A stretch of 63,415 nt of DNA. Origin: Girardia tigrina (taxonomy: Eukaryota). Positions 1 to 12,399 of this stretch are shown piece after piece. Numbering within the stretch: position 1 is the stretch's first letter; each line of letters starts with the position of its first letter. Under the pieces are notes generated by a model. The model was not told where the DNA came from, searched no databases, and saw only the letters and a list, made by a program, of their open reading frames with translations. The position numbers and the translations under genes are program-made. Location of the stretch: positions 38,647 through 102,061 of the forward strand of contig MQRK01167267.1 of the NCBI GenBank assembly GCA_001938485.1, read 5' to 3'.

Positions 1-1443
1 CCAAATTTAACCAAATTTGGACTGAATATTATTCAGACTGTCATAAATACTGTGTTTAAATTTCAAAGCATAAAATTTGAAACTTACCAAAAAAATAATA
101 TTATTAACCAACAAAAAAAATAGATGCAGCTAATTTAAAAATTTATTTAAAAAAATATTTTAAAAATTTCTTAAGCAACAACATATTTATCATTGTTGTC
201 AATAACCAACTGATAATAGTTATAACGTTTATCTAGTTGATTTTTAATGTTTTTGTTGATAAAGAATTAAAAAAGAATTTACAAGCTTCTTCAATTTCTT
301 CATGTGATTTGAAAACATGATTTTTAAAACTTTCTTCATTTTTGAAAACAAGAATCTGTCACACAGATTAAAATCTGGACTATAGGGCGATTGATAAATT
401 TTTTCAATTTTTCTTCTCTCAAAAGAAAGAGTTGTTTCTTTACTAGAATGAGGTCTTGCATTATCATGCCACCAATTAAGTTCCTTTAGCTTGATGCTGT
501 TAGATCTAAGTTTCTGCCATTTTTCACCGGTGTCATGAACAAAGTTTATATACTCCTCGGAATCAATCTTTGTACCATATGACAGTGCTTTTACATTAAA
601 ACGTTTGTTGTAGGTAAAGGTTACGAAAACAAGAGATTTTTATCAGTCATTGGCGATGGCTTTATCACTTTTGGTGGAACAGCATTAGAAATAATCCAAA
701 CTTTGTGATCTTCTTTCTTTCTTCTTCCTTGGAAAAAGACCCATGTCTTATCCTCGATCGCTATATTGAAATATGCTTCACCACCCATCTGTGAAATTAC
801 ATGGCGTATATGCTTTGCAGTGTTAATGCGTTGTTGTTTATTAGCAGCAGAAAGTTCGTGAGGGACCCAAACAGAGCAAACTTTTTTGTAATGAAGTTTT
901 TCACGCAAAATATTGTGGACTGTATTTTTGCCTAAAGAAAGTTCATTTTCAATATAACGCAAAGACACATTTGGAGCTTCATCAATCACTTCTTTGATTG
1001 CTTTATTGTTTTCATCGTCTATTAATGACGGTCTGCCACTTCTTGATGAATCGTCGAAGGACGTCCGCTTTTCTTTTTTAAAATCAGTCAACCATTGTTG
1101 TATAGTTTTCAGTGCTGGGTGATTTGCGTCTTCCCATGCCTGTTGAAGTTGCTGAAGAATTTCTGAAGCAGATAATCCTCTTTTACTTTGAGTTAGAACA
1201 AAAAAAAACGTTGGTAACATTTATTTGGTTCCATTGTTAAAAACCGCTTGATTTGAATTCGCTGCACTTTTAAAATTTTAATACTTTAATAAAACAAAAT
1301 TTTACTTTTTTTAATTCTATGCTTTGAAATTTTAACACAGAATTTATGACAGTTTGAATAATATTCAGTCCAAATTTGGTTAAATTTGGTAAAATATTAA
1401 TGTGTTTTTAAAGGCCCCCTGAGAACTTTTGGGACAGCCTAAG
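1..1443 (-). mobile_element. mariner (DD34D) transposon with long TIRs; left end lies outside the window; transposase frameshifted
   Basis: ORF 621-1220 has HTH region, SGRP, WVPHEL and EDKTW. The frameshifted continuation (~474-358) reads WWHDNARPH...SPYSPDFNLCD with 34 aa between D2 and D3. Bases 1-72 are the reverse complement of 1318-1389. The end ...GGGACAGCCTAAG is followed by TA (1444-45). Confidence 0.92.
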
Positions 1444-1752
1444 TATAATGTCATATTTTAAGATTTAAAATAAATAACTAGTTTTAAATATTAATTCTTT
1501 AACTTTTACAAAATATTTCTATAAATCGTTTTTTTTTGTTTTCATAACCTTTAAAACAATATCAAAGACTTTATATTTTAATTAGTACTTTTAATACTAT
1601 AAATAAAAAACTAATAAAAAATAAAGAAAAATACAAAATTATTTTGAAAAAGTAAATTACAATAATAATTATTAAAACATATCAAATATTAAATTTAAAT
1701 TATCTTTCATATTCTTAATATTTATTTTTTACATGTAAAAGACGGTATTAAT

Positions 1753-3697
1753 ACAGTGGTATCTGAGACTAACTACATTTGCAGCTGGGCCGAAAAATTG
1801 CCTTTTTAAATAGTTATTAATTAACCTCTGTATAATGACAATAATAAATAAATTTACGTTGTAATTTCTATCTCGATATAACAACATTATGATAAATAAT
1901 AGTGACCCTAGAAACAATTCAATATGCTTTGTATTACGTAAAGTCTGTTAGGCGCCAAGAATCACAGAAAGATCCAAATATTATCAACGATGGAAAAATT
2001 TATTCAATTGTTACAGAAATCTAAATATTTCATTGAAATTAATAGCACAATTGAAACGACTAAAGATATTGATTTTTATATTCATTTAGCAACAAAAGTA
2101 CTTTGTCCACGAACGAAATTAAGGCTTCAGTCACTCTAACAATAACGGAGGGTGAGAGTAAAATGTCGCTGTAGTGACCAAAAATTATATCAATATTTAC
2201 AAATATACGTATATATTAAAATCACCCTTTCTTTTTTATAACAATGATAAAAAATTAATTGTGATTAGAGAAAAATAATTGATTTATTTTACCAAATTAT
2301 TTTTGTGATGTTTGTATATAAATATTTCGAAAATTCTGAATTTTTAATCTAATGGGAGGAACATATTCAAATAATGATCCATTGAACTCGAATATCCCTC
2401 AAAATAACGGGAATTCTTCGATCTTCGGAAAGTTCGAAAATTAACTGCGGAGCTTATACGATAGTTTTTTAATTCCTTATCGATCACTGCTGTTAACAGA
2501 TCGGATCAAAACGATTTCAGTGACAAATTTGAAAGGCGATTAAATGCAAATCTAGCAGCAAATCACTGTTTATTCGCGATGGCTCCAGATCACTGACTTC
2601 GCGCACTCACAACTGCTCTGAACACAAAAGTCCTTTAAGCATCACGCATTTCCAATAAGGTTGTAGTTGATACAATACATATTTTGCGTTTTATTGCGAA
2701 AAAAGAGAATTGTTCTGACAAATTTGATGATATGATAAGTTAAACTTCAACAAAGGAAAATAAGCAAACTATTTCACTTGATTAGGAATTAAAGACAAAT
2801 AAATTAATTTATCTCTTATTCTTTTATTGTTTACTTAATGTTTAGTGATTACGCGACAATATTTTGTATTTTAGTTAAAAAGTAAAAGATATCTGTAAAA
2901 GACAACCTCGTTGTTATAACTCTTTCATTTTATAACTCTAACTCTTTAACCACTTCTGTGGTCAACCTCTTGGAAAAAAGTGGGTCAAAAAAAGCCACCC
3001 TTTTTTCACTATTATGTTTTTTATCATATTTTGAAATATAATAAATCGGTATAAAACATAAATAAACAATATTAGTAGAGAGAAAAAATCAAAGGACAAA
3101 GGAAAAAAATGTTTCATTTTCATCAAACATATTTTATTTGAATCAAACATTACCTAAAAACTGAAACTTACATAAAAAATTAGTATTCTTTTTTTGTACG
3201 GAATATTTTGAAACATTCCAGACATAACCCTACATTACAATCAGGGCAGTAGGTTCGGGTTTCTCTTCTTATTTTTTGCCCTTCGCGTCCTTCCGCGAGC
3301 AACATACTTTGCACTCTCTGGTAGGTTTATCTCTTTTTGCCGTTGAGGGTATGTATTCCAAAAAATGCCTTTCCAATAATCGCGATGTCGGTGGTGTGTA
3401 TGATTGACGTCCAAGATATTCTTCTGTTGTCGCATATTTCTCCAATATTTCTTCAATTAGATCCAATCGAAACTGCAAGTGGGTTTTGATCCCCCCCCCG
3501 CTTCGTATAAATAACGTAAGAATGACCCGAGCTGGATTTCGGCAAATCACTATAAAAAGTTTCGTGTATGATTTGCCAGAATCCAGTTAGGGCAAATCAC
3601 TGTGTCAGCAAAATACCTACCCGAACTGGATTCGGGCAAATCACAGAAGTGGTTAACTCTCGGTCCGCAAAGATGTCGTTATTTTGAGATTACATTG
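1753..3697. mobile_element. possible old pogo/Tigger-like non-autonomous element hosting the piggyBac insertion
   Basis: TA-CAGTGGTATCTGAGACTAACTACAT (~1751) is a degenerate inverted match to ATGTCGTTATTTTGAGATTACATTG-TA (~3673-3699); roughly 70% identity by eye. Confidence 0.3.
2950..3652 (-). mobile_element. internally deleted piggyBac element retaining the C-terminal Cys-rich domain coding region
   Basis: TTAA TSDs (2946-49, 3653-56) and 11-bp TIR CCACTTCTGTG/CACAGAAGTGG. Minus strand reads FRLDLIEEIL...HFLEYIP...RECKVC...ETRTYCPDCNVGLCLECFKIF. Three subterminal GGCAAATCAC repeats lie at 3531-3644. Confidence 0.9.
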
Positions 3698-5563
3698 TAT
3701 GTGAATTTTTAAATGTCAAAATAAATTTTAAAAAATGTTTAATCTAATTTATAAATTTTTTATAAGATATTTAATTAATAATTAAATTAATAATTAATTA
3801 ATTATTAATTAATAATTAAATAAATTAATTTTCATTAAATATTTATAACGTTTAACAAATAATTTAATAAGTCATTAAATATCTTTTTTATTTTTGTATA
3901 TATTTGTATATTTGTCTCTACAAAGCCGATTATTCACAGTTTCAGATTGTCAAAGTAAATTTTATCTGTTTTTAACGGATTTCAATTAAAAGCAATTTTG
4001 TTTTGCAATATTTCGTCTGAGTGCAAATTTAATGAAAAACATCACATGAAAAAAAAATTTTAAAACTGTTTAATCTATGTGAACAGATTTGAATCGAGTT
4101 AAAAAACATTGTAAATATATCAAAATATAATTGAAAATTTATTTCATTAGAAACTTTTTAAAAAAAAGTCGTTCTAATGTAAATGAAAATCTAACATGAT
4201 GAAATACAAATAAATAAATATATCGATATAAACGTTAAATTATATATAATGTAAAATAAAAATAAAAAAAATTAAAAAAAAATAAAAAACATTAAAAAAA
4301 GAAAATAAAATTAAAATAAAAGCTATAACACTAGTGATAATATTAACAATAATAATATAATATTTTTAATATATTCCCATTTTTTATAATTATAATTCCT
4401 GAGTCATTCAACTTAATCTACCTGAAATAATGTTTTTACCCTACAGATGCTTTTAGACATTTAATATTTATGTGGACAAATTAATTGCGTTTGAGATACT
4501 TGTCTTGCCTTATATTATGTTTTACTGTTTCAAATAGAAAAGTGCTTAGTAAAATTTTTTAATCTATCTGACGAGATTTACCATTTATAAAATGTATTTA
4601 ATTGACTGATTTATAATTATAAAGATGGACGTTCTCTGTGGGTTCGATGAAAAACTCTACATAAAATAAGCATCAAATCCGTACTGTACGTTCATTACTT
4701 TTTTAACAATACAAACTCTATCTAATGGACTGTTGCTTACACATTTTTTGCAATGAAAAATATAATATTTATACAATAATTTAAATGATATATTTCCTAA
4801 ATATTAATAGTTATAATTATTTTACAATTTATTTACAGATGTCAAATAACTGACCTGTTTTTTTTCATATATGGACACAATTTCATAAACTCATAAAATT
4901 TATTTATTAGAATGACTCTTATTTTTTTCAGTTCAATGAAAAATGAATTCAGTTATTTTTTCTGTTAATTTTTAGTCGGTCGTTATCTTGCATCAAAGAT
5001 TTCAGCAGAATGCTAAGATGTTTAAAAACAGTTTAATTATATTTGTGAAGGATGATTTATTTAAAATTTATACCAAACAATTCCAGTTAATTAATATGCT
5101 GAATCACACGCTTCCCTGTTCTCAAGGCACACAAACAGACACAGTCTTGGTAAGGAGGGAATTGTCACCAACTCACGAAAGAGTGCTCATTGTAGAAATA
5201 ATGTTTTTACCTTCCGAATTACAACTAGAGGGAAATTAAAAACACTATTCCTAACTAGAATAAAATGCTTTACTATTGGTCGAATAATGAAAATCTAACC
5301 AGAATAACCGGACTAATATGTTGTGCGGTGAATCTGCTTAGATTTGTAGAGATAACAAAATGTAAAAAAACGGATTCAACGAATAAATGAATTGAATTAA
5401 AATAACAATAATGGTAATAACAGCGTTAAAAATAGTCGGACAATATCGTCGGCTAATTAATCAGAACAATATTGTCAATAACCTCGTTATTAATTTTCGG
5501 ATAATATCGTCAGTGGTAATAGCGATTTGTCAGGATATTGGTAATTTGGTCAAGATGATATTG

Positions 5564-5640
5564 TCTTTTTTTGTTAGTTTTGTGTCTAATGTTTCTTCTT
5601 TTTTTGTTAGTTTTGTGTCTAATGTTTCTTCTTTTTTTGT
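5564..5640 (+). repeat. 33-bp tandem duplication
   Basis: TCTTTTTTTGTTAGTTTTGTGTCTAATGTTTCT occurs twice, followed by a partial third copy. Confidence 0.85.
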
Positions 5641-6029
5641 CGTCGAAATCGGGGTGTACTTTCACCGCTCAACAAATTATCATAGTATAATTTATTTTTA
5701 ATAATGATTCAATTATCGATGGCAATTTGAATCAAATTTAAATGATAATTGCATCAACTTGACAATTAAATTATCTTTTTGAACGCTCGACAAACGAATT
5801 TGTGCCAAAAAAATATGGATAAAAATTTATAAAAAATAATAATACGGCACCGAGATTGCCATCAGACAAAACACATTAAATCACATAATAACAAAAAAAA
5901 CAAACCCCGCACCCATGGATTGTCAAAAAAAATAAAAACTTAATTCACAAAAAAATAAATCCCTTTAAATTATTACCTCAAACACAATCCGTTTACAAAG
6001 AAAATGTATCACACTCATGCACACATAGT

Positions 6030-7450
6030 CTCCAAATTCGGTCTTCCAAACTTACCACTAGGATAGAAGTTGGGATTGTCATGCTCCATTTCAGTTAGAT
6101 GGTCACCGTCAATACCAACTAATCTTGTTTAATTGCTATCTTTCATTTTGTCTGATGGCTGTAACTATACGGTCGTCGTCAAGGGTTTCCAGTGCACGTG
6201 ACTGATGTGATAATGAGTCTCGTTGAATTCTCTCTGTCAAAGTAATTGCAATACTGTTGCAGTTGTCCGTTTCCAAAGTGTCACAAAATTGTATGAAGGG
6301 ACAGGATTGACGAAAACTTCGTCTTTGATCATCAAATCACCATTTGTCACCTTTATCCTATTAAATTCTTCCGATAGCAGGGATCTTCGCTTTTCGTAAA
6401 ACAATGTTGATACCGGAATTATCCATTGTGTATTCATGGTCACATTGTACCAAACAATCATATCACCAATCTGTCCACCGCTTCAGGGTACCATTCTCTT
6501 TATTGTTCTGGTTTACATTGATTTGTATATATTCACGCAACAGGTCAACAATTATAATATTGTTATATTCATCTTGCAGTTTAACTGGAGATATACTCAT
6601 TAAGGTCGCGGTAATACAGAACCAGTCGGAATTTTATTTTTGCTTCCTGAGTCACTATCATAAGCAGAAAAGTCTATCGTCGAGGAGTCTCAAACTTTAT
6701 CATTCAACCACTTTTCTTCCCTCACTTCCAGTTCATTATTGATGTCCTGTTCATGTAATTTGACCTATGTATATTGTACCTTACTGTCACGTACTAGCAG
6801 AGCCTCTGCACCCTTCCAATGCCTGTTCAAAGATCAAAATCACTCGATCTAAAATATGCACTGGTACTGATGACATCTGTTTCCGGATTCGACTTTTTTC
6901 GGGCTCCAATCGCGTTTTAGACTCTCGCGCTTGTATCACTGTTGTTGTTGTTCGCAAAATCTGGGCTATTGCTAAACTTCTACCTAGGTGGCATCAGATC
7001 GATTGAAACTGAAAGTAAGGGGTATTCCACCAATGTGAATACCACTCAGTATGGCAATGACGTCCATCCCCAAAAGTGCCTCAACTCCGATGCCCCTCAA
7101 ATACCGTGAAAACAGAATTCAACATCATACTTGTTGTCCATTCACCTGAAGCTCTACCAAAGTATAATATTCCACCAAGGTCAGCCCGAGTACTGTATGC
7201 ATAATATCGGAGACCCACTTCATGCTTTTCTACCACCCCAAATGTAGCTCTATCATTGTTGATGAGCATTCATTATAAACCAAAACAATCAGCATCCACT
7301 CCCTATTGCCCACTTTACTAATCGCCTGGTATACCTTCCAGGCAACTTACCCATTAAGCTGAATTTCGAAACGTCGTTTGCTTTGATTCAATAAGTGCAT
7401 AATTCAGTTCGGCTCACTTGAGACAAAGGTCAAAACCAATTTCCTTGAGA
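6030..7450 (-). mobile_element. highly decayed Ty3/Gypsy pol remnant (protease/RT)
   Basis: Minus-strand fragments ALLGMDV (protease end, ~7060-7080), VPVHILDRV and RLVLYYRDLNEYI (RLCVDYRxLN-like RT motif, ~6590-6630); many stops and frameshifts. Confidence 0.6.
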
Positions 7451-7597
7451 GCTTTATTCACTTATTTTTATTCACTTAACCTCGGATCATACTTATTCAA
7501 CAACGAAAATATACTTCCACTTCTCTTGACAGGTACCACAAAAGACTCATGCATTTGTTCATAACATTCTGTCTAATGGACACATTTTATTTCTAAA

Positions 7598-7600
<3 letters not shown>

Positions 7601-7651
<51 letters not shown>
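7601..7651. repeat. (TA)n microsatellite; others at ~12224-12252, 31088-31117, 35341-35372, 40808-40851, 41384-41404, 44001-44050, 51184-51202
   Basis: Seen directly; several abut assembly gaps. Confidence 0.95.
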
Positions 7652-7652
<1 letters not shown>

Positions 7653-7847
7653 GCTGAATTCACGAACGAAGCAAAAAAATTTCAATATTTAAATAAAACA
7701 TTTTAATTGCCACTTTTGATACTAAATGTTTTGAAAAAATTCTCAATTGATTTCTCTAAATTCTTGTCTGTAAATTCGGTATTAAACATTGTTGACATTG
7801 CATGTATATCATAAGACAAGATAAAATGATACTGAGTATCATTATAC

Positions 7848-8841
7848 TACTAAAAATATTATAGTTTCACTTATTGATGTTTTTATTTTTTTAAACACAA
7901 AAACGATTAATATTTAAAACATTTTAAACTTTCAAAAGCATTATAAATCGAAAGAATATTACAAAGAAAGAACCACTGAAAATTCTCTTTTCGGGTAATT
8001 TAATTGGAAATTAAATGTGTTTTTTTGGCAACAAAAAGTTGACTTATTTTGTTTTTACCTAGAAAATCATCAACTCACACTATGATTACATAGTAGTAAG
8101 AAAACTATGTAAGAAATTTGCAGTGAAAGCTTTGTTTAGTCTTTTTTAGCTTTTTAAATGGGGGTCTTTGCCATTTTCAATGAGAAAAAATACCTCCCCA
8201 ATCCAGGCTAAAGTGAGCGTCTGGTTTGAGCAATTTGGAATTAACATCTTAAAAACTTGAATGTGTTACTTTTGCAATTAAACGTTTAGATAAACTCATA
8301 TTGCATACTCATCATATGTCTTTTGTTTTTTCCTCTGTTTTTTCTCGTTGATGAATCTATGTTTAGTAAGGCTCTACAATTCCAAACCTTGAAGTTAAGT
8401 GTTTCAGCATCAATGAAACTCATGAATAAAAGAACGTTCTAAATGGACACAAATCATTTATATTGATGCTTTAATATTTTTGCTTTTTCACAAATTCTTA
8501 AGTCTGTCTAAGAAATAGAATAGAAAAAATATAATTAAAAAGTTACGATGAAAGATTATAAAATAGTTTCAACTTAAGTTAATAATTATTTGAAGGAGTG
8601 TTATATTCACATGATCCTGTCATCAAAATGCAATCCTTTCTTCAACCTATTTTAACATTAGAAGCCTTCTATGGTCTGAAGAAGACAATTTGATTCAATT
8701 CGAAGTTTCATCTTTAGATGTATAATTTACTAAAAATATTATAGTTTCACGTATTGATGTTTTTATTTTTTTTAAACACAAAAACGATTAATATTTAAAA
8801 CATTTTAAACTTTCAAAAGCATTATAAATCGAAAGAATATT
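7848..8841 (+). repeat. ~110-bp near-identical direct repeats (7848-7959 and 8728-8841) enclosing ~770 bp
   Basis: TACTAAAAATATTATAGTTTCAC...ATAAATCGAAAGAATATT is present twice with about 2 differences. Confidence 0.85.
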
Positions 8842-9550
8842 CATTTATAATGAAGTTACTGTAGGAAAGTTTTTGTAAAAACTTTAGCAAAAATAAACAA
8901 ATTCTCTTAAAATTCTTCGTAAAATGTAAATATATTTATTGTTTAAAAACACATTTGAAAATAAAAGTTAACTTTCTTTTAATATTAATGTTAACCAAAC
9001 ATTCTTTGACAACGTTTGATGAATGTTGAGTAAACAAAATGTTTACTCAATCTATAATTACTGTTGCTGATGCACATTGAGAATTTTTACGTAAAATAAA
9101 GTTCTACAAAAATTTGTTTAAATTTCGATTAATTTTCCTTAAAAGCGCCGGAGAAAGCGCGACAGTTTCCAATATAATAATAATATAAATAATAATAATA
9201 ATTTTATATCGTAAATCTTCATAAATGTTGATGTTGAATTTTAATGCCGATTTTCTGTGACAAAAAAATAAAAGTCATTCTTCAAATGACTTAAATGATT
9301 CGACTTTGACATTAATTGACATTTATAGAATAATTCCATTCTCATTATTATTGTCTAAAGTAAATATATTTCAAAAGGAATAATATGCAAATTTTTATCT
9401 GGAAAATCAAAACCAATTATTCAAAGATAATTGTGATTATAATTATCTTTATCATTGGGAAAATTAAGACAAACTTGTAATGTGTAAAAATAACTATAAT
9501 AATAATAATAAAATAATAATTATTATTACAATACTAATAATAGTAATAAT

Positions 9551-10018
9551 TGGTGGTTTCGAGGTCAAGAATAGAATTCATAACTCCAAATATTTATTTA
9601 TACGACAATTTACTACTTCCAAACAAATTTACGAGGAACAATATTTTCTTATTTTGCATAAAAACCAGATATCAAAATTTTAAAATAAATATCCATGTAT
9701 AAATTTTAGTATTAATTATAAATATTTATACGTTAATTATAAAAATTTTAATGGTCATTTTATTTTTTTATAAAATCAATTGTTTGAATAAATTATTTAG
9801 CAAATAATTTTAAACTTTAAAAATTTTCATATAGCTTTAATGTCTAAAAATTATCTGATTTAAAAATTACAGTTTTACATATCACGAACTTATTTCTGAG
9901 AATTTCTATTTAAAATTAATTAGATATTTTTAATTATAAATCTTTTTAAGAACTTTTGATATTAGGTATTTGCTAATTTTAAATATTCAAAAATTCATAA
10001 GTTCACCAAAACCTCACA
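9551..10018 (-). mobile_element. shorter AT-rich solo-LTR-like element, inverted relative to 10237-11111
   Basis: Ends TGGTGG...CCTCACA. The left part is homologous to the reverse complement of ~11000-11111 and to 50758-50890. Flanks ATAAT/TTAAT give a 4/5 TSD match. Confidence 0.55.
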
Positions 10019-10236
10019 TTAATTATTATTAGTACAATAATATTAGATCGTCAAGTATGAAATTTGTAGAAATGAAGTTAAATTTTATTGATAATTTACC
10101 AATACAAATATTTATGTCATTCATCCAAGTATGAACCCATATTATCGACACACTGTTGCTAATTGAGTGGCAGCCTGTTGAGGTCATTTGAATAAAAATT
10201 TGGTGTGTGAGAATCTATAAATTCCTGGAAAGTCAT

Positions 10237-11111
10237 TGTGAGGAGCAGGTTCATTCTTAAAAATTTTGAAATAATTAATTTTTATAAATAATTTCAAAAA
10301 TAAGAAAATATATAAAATCAAAAGGTTTTCTAAAGAATTATAATTAAAAATATCTTTAATTAATTTTAAAAAGTTATTTTCAAGAATAATTTATTTTTAT
10401 TTACTAAATTTTTTAGTTTGAATGAATTGTTAAATAATTGATTTTTAAAATAATTGATTAAAAATTATATATATAAGCCAAAGAAAATTATATGTTTTAC
10501 ATTAATTTTAAAAGTTGTTTCTCAAACAATAAATTAATAAATTTTTGATTGCTAGAAATGTAGTTTTTAAAAACAGATAATTTTTAAATATTAAAGTTGT
10601 TGAAAATTTTGTAAATTAATAATTTGATAAATAATTAAATTTTTAAACAGCTTTTTAAAAATAAAACAACCATTAAAAATTGATAATAAATAATAGAGTA
10701 TAACAAATTTAAATATTCTAAATTATTTTTTTGTATTTAAAGTACGTAAATATTAACTGGGGTTTAAATTAAATATTGAATTAAAAAACAATTACATTGA
10801 TATAAATTGTTGTAAATTAGCTAACATATATTTTAAAAAAGATATACAATAAAAAATTTAATTGTGTAGATTTTATAATGTATTTTAAAGAAATTTTATA
10901 AAATATTAAAAATTTAATGTAATCAAAAAATAATAAATTCCATTTTAAATTAACGTTTTTAATAAATAACTTATCAGTATTTTTATTTATAATTAATCTG
11001 GTCGAAAAAAAACAAAAAAAAGATTTTCAAAAAAAATGTTTAAATAATTGTTATTGCTATAGAAATAAAATTTTGGGTTAATAAATTCTATTCTTGATCA
11101 AGAACCCAACA
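10237..11111 (+). mobile_element. AT-rich solo-LTR-like element, 875 bp
   Basis: TGTGAGG...CCCAACA termini and perfect 5-bp TSD GTCAT (10232-36, 11112-16). The 3' part matches 28340-28641. Confidence 0.8.
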
Positions 11112-11593
11112 GTCATTTTTATGGAATCTTCGGAATTGAATTAATTTCCTATCAAAAGTTGTTCTAATTGTGAAAGAAATAGTAGTCAGTTTATGCTAGG
11201 TCTGGGTTGTATGGAGGACAATGCAGAAGTTCATACTCAAATTCAAGTAGTTTTGTCACGGTTATATGTGATGTGTGATATAAAAAACATATTATGCAAA
11301 AAATAGATATTTAGATTTATTCTTCCGTGTAAATCGAGGGGTAGATGTATTTTTAAAACATACTTCTAGTTTTCGAAATATTATTCCTAAATATCAGATT
11401 ATTAAAGTCAAATCAAAGTGGATCAGAATACAAAAGTAATAACTAAAATGTAAAAGGATAAGATGAATGACTATGAATAAATACTACAGTATGCGTTAAC
11501 ACATCATGTATTTTATTTTTGTAGAATAATATTATAAATCTTTAAAATATATCGATCTTTTGTGATTTTAATATTTAAATGAATTATATGCAG

Positions 11594-11780
11594 ACTTGGA
11601 AAAGCCACTAGTGACAGATCAGCTCAAAATTACCGAGAATTGGGAGTTACATTTAATGAAGTGGTGGAAATTTTACGAGATCACGGAGATTCGCTTCATA
11701 TAAAAAATGCCCTTGGCGAAACTGGATATTGTCCTAAAGCCCTTATCGAAGAAATATATGATAAACATTCCAGATCATAA
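11594..11780 (+). CDS. candidate terminal exon of a host gene (or pseudo-exon), 61 aa plus stop, ankyrin-linker-like
   Basis: AT-rich run and TGCAG acceptor at 11589-93, then an open frame LGKATSDRSAQNYRELGVTFNEVVEILRDHGDSLHIKNALGETGYCPKALIEEIYDKHSRS* with raised GC. No upstream exon was identified. Confidence 0.45.
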
Positions 11781-12219
11781 ATCGTTGGAGAGTATAAATC
11801 TGAATTCATATCGAAATTCATTTGAAACCATTCGATTTTATATAAATATATATTCTTTCACTTTGGAAAGACTTTCAAAGTGATATTTCTGAGATATTTT
11901 ATTTATTTATATTTGTGAATTACTACATATTTTAACTATCGTTTAAGTTAACATTTGTTTTAAATGTCACTGGTGATTATTATTATAAAATATTTATCGT
12001 TTTTTGCTACAAGAAATTAATTTTATTGTTAAAATCAATATTTATGAAGTCAGTGTTGTGTGAATTGTTGTTTGTGGATGTTGATAGTGTTGCTTGATGT
12101 TACATAAATCTGCCAAGAACAAATTTTGTTTTAAGTAAAATATAATCTAGATTTTATTGTTCTAAATAAAGGACTTTGATTTTAATTTTATGAGTGATTT
12201 AAATGACACAATTATCAGT

Positions 12220-12255
<36 letters not shown>

Positions 12256-12277
12256 TAATAAAAAAGCTAAAAGTCAG

Positions 12278-12318
12278 TGATCTAAAGATGACGGTAAAAA
12301 CGTCGAAATATATTATCA
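12278..12318 (+). ncRNA. minimal type-I hammerhead ribozyme motif (degenerate core)
   Basis: TGAT-CTAAAGA-T-GACG gtaaaaa CGTC-GAAA-TATA-TT-ATCA: stem I, core (CUGAAGA with a G>A change), stem II, GAAA, palindromic stem III and UH. Confidence 0.7.
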
Positions 12319-12399
12319 TGAACTAATATATTTTTAAATTACGTATCTTTTGTTTTATTATTAATTAATTGACACATGAGAAATGTAATAATTGAAATG

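Noticed and set aside
2131-2155. TCACTC-TAAC...GGAGGGTGA resembling twister ribozyme ends
   Set aside because: The whole central P2/P4 and pseudoknot region is absent.
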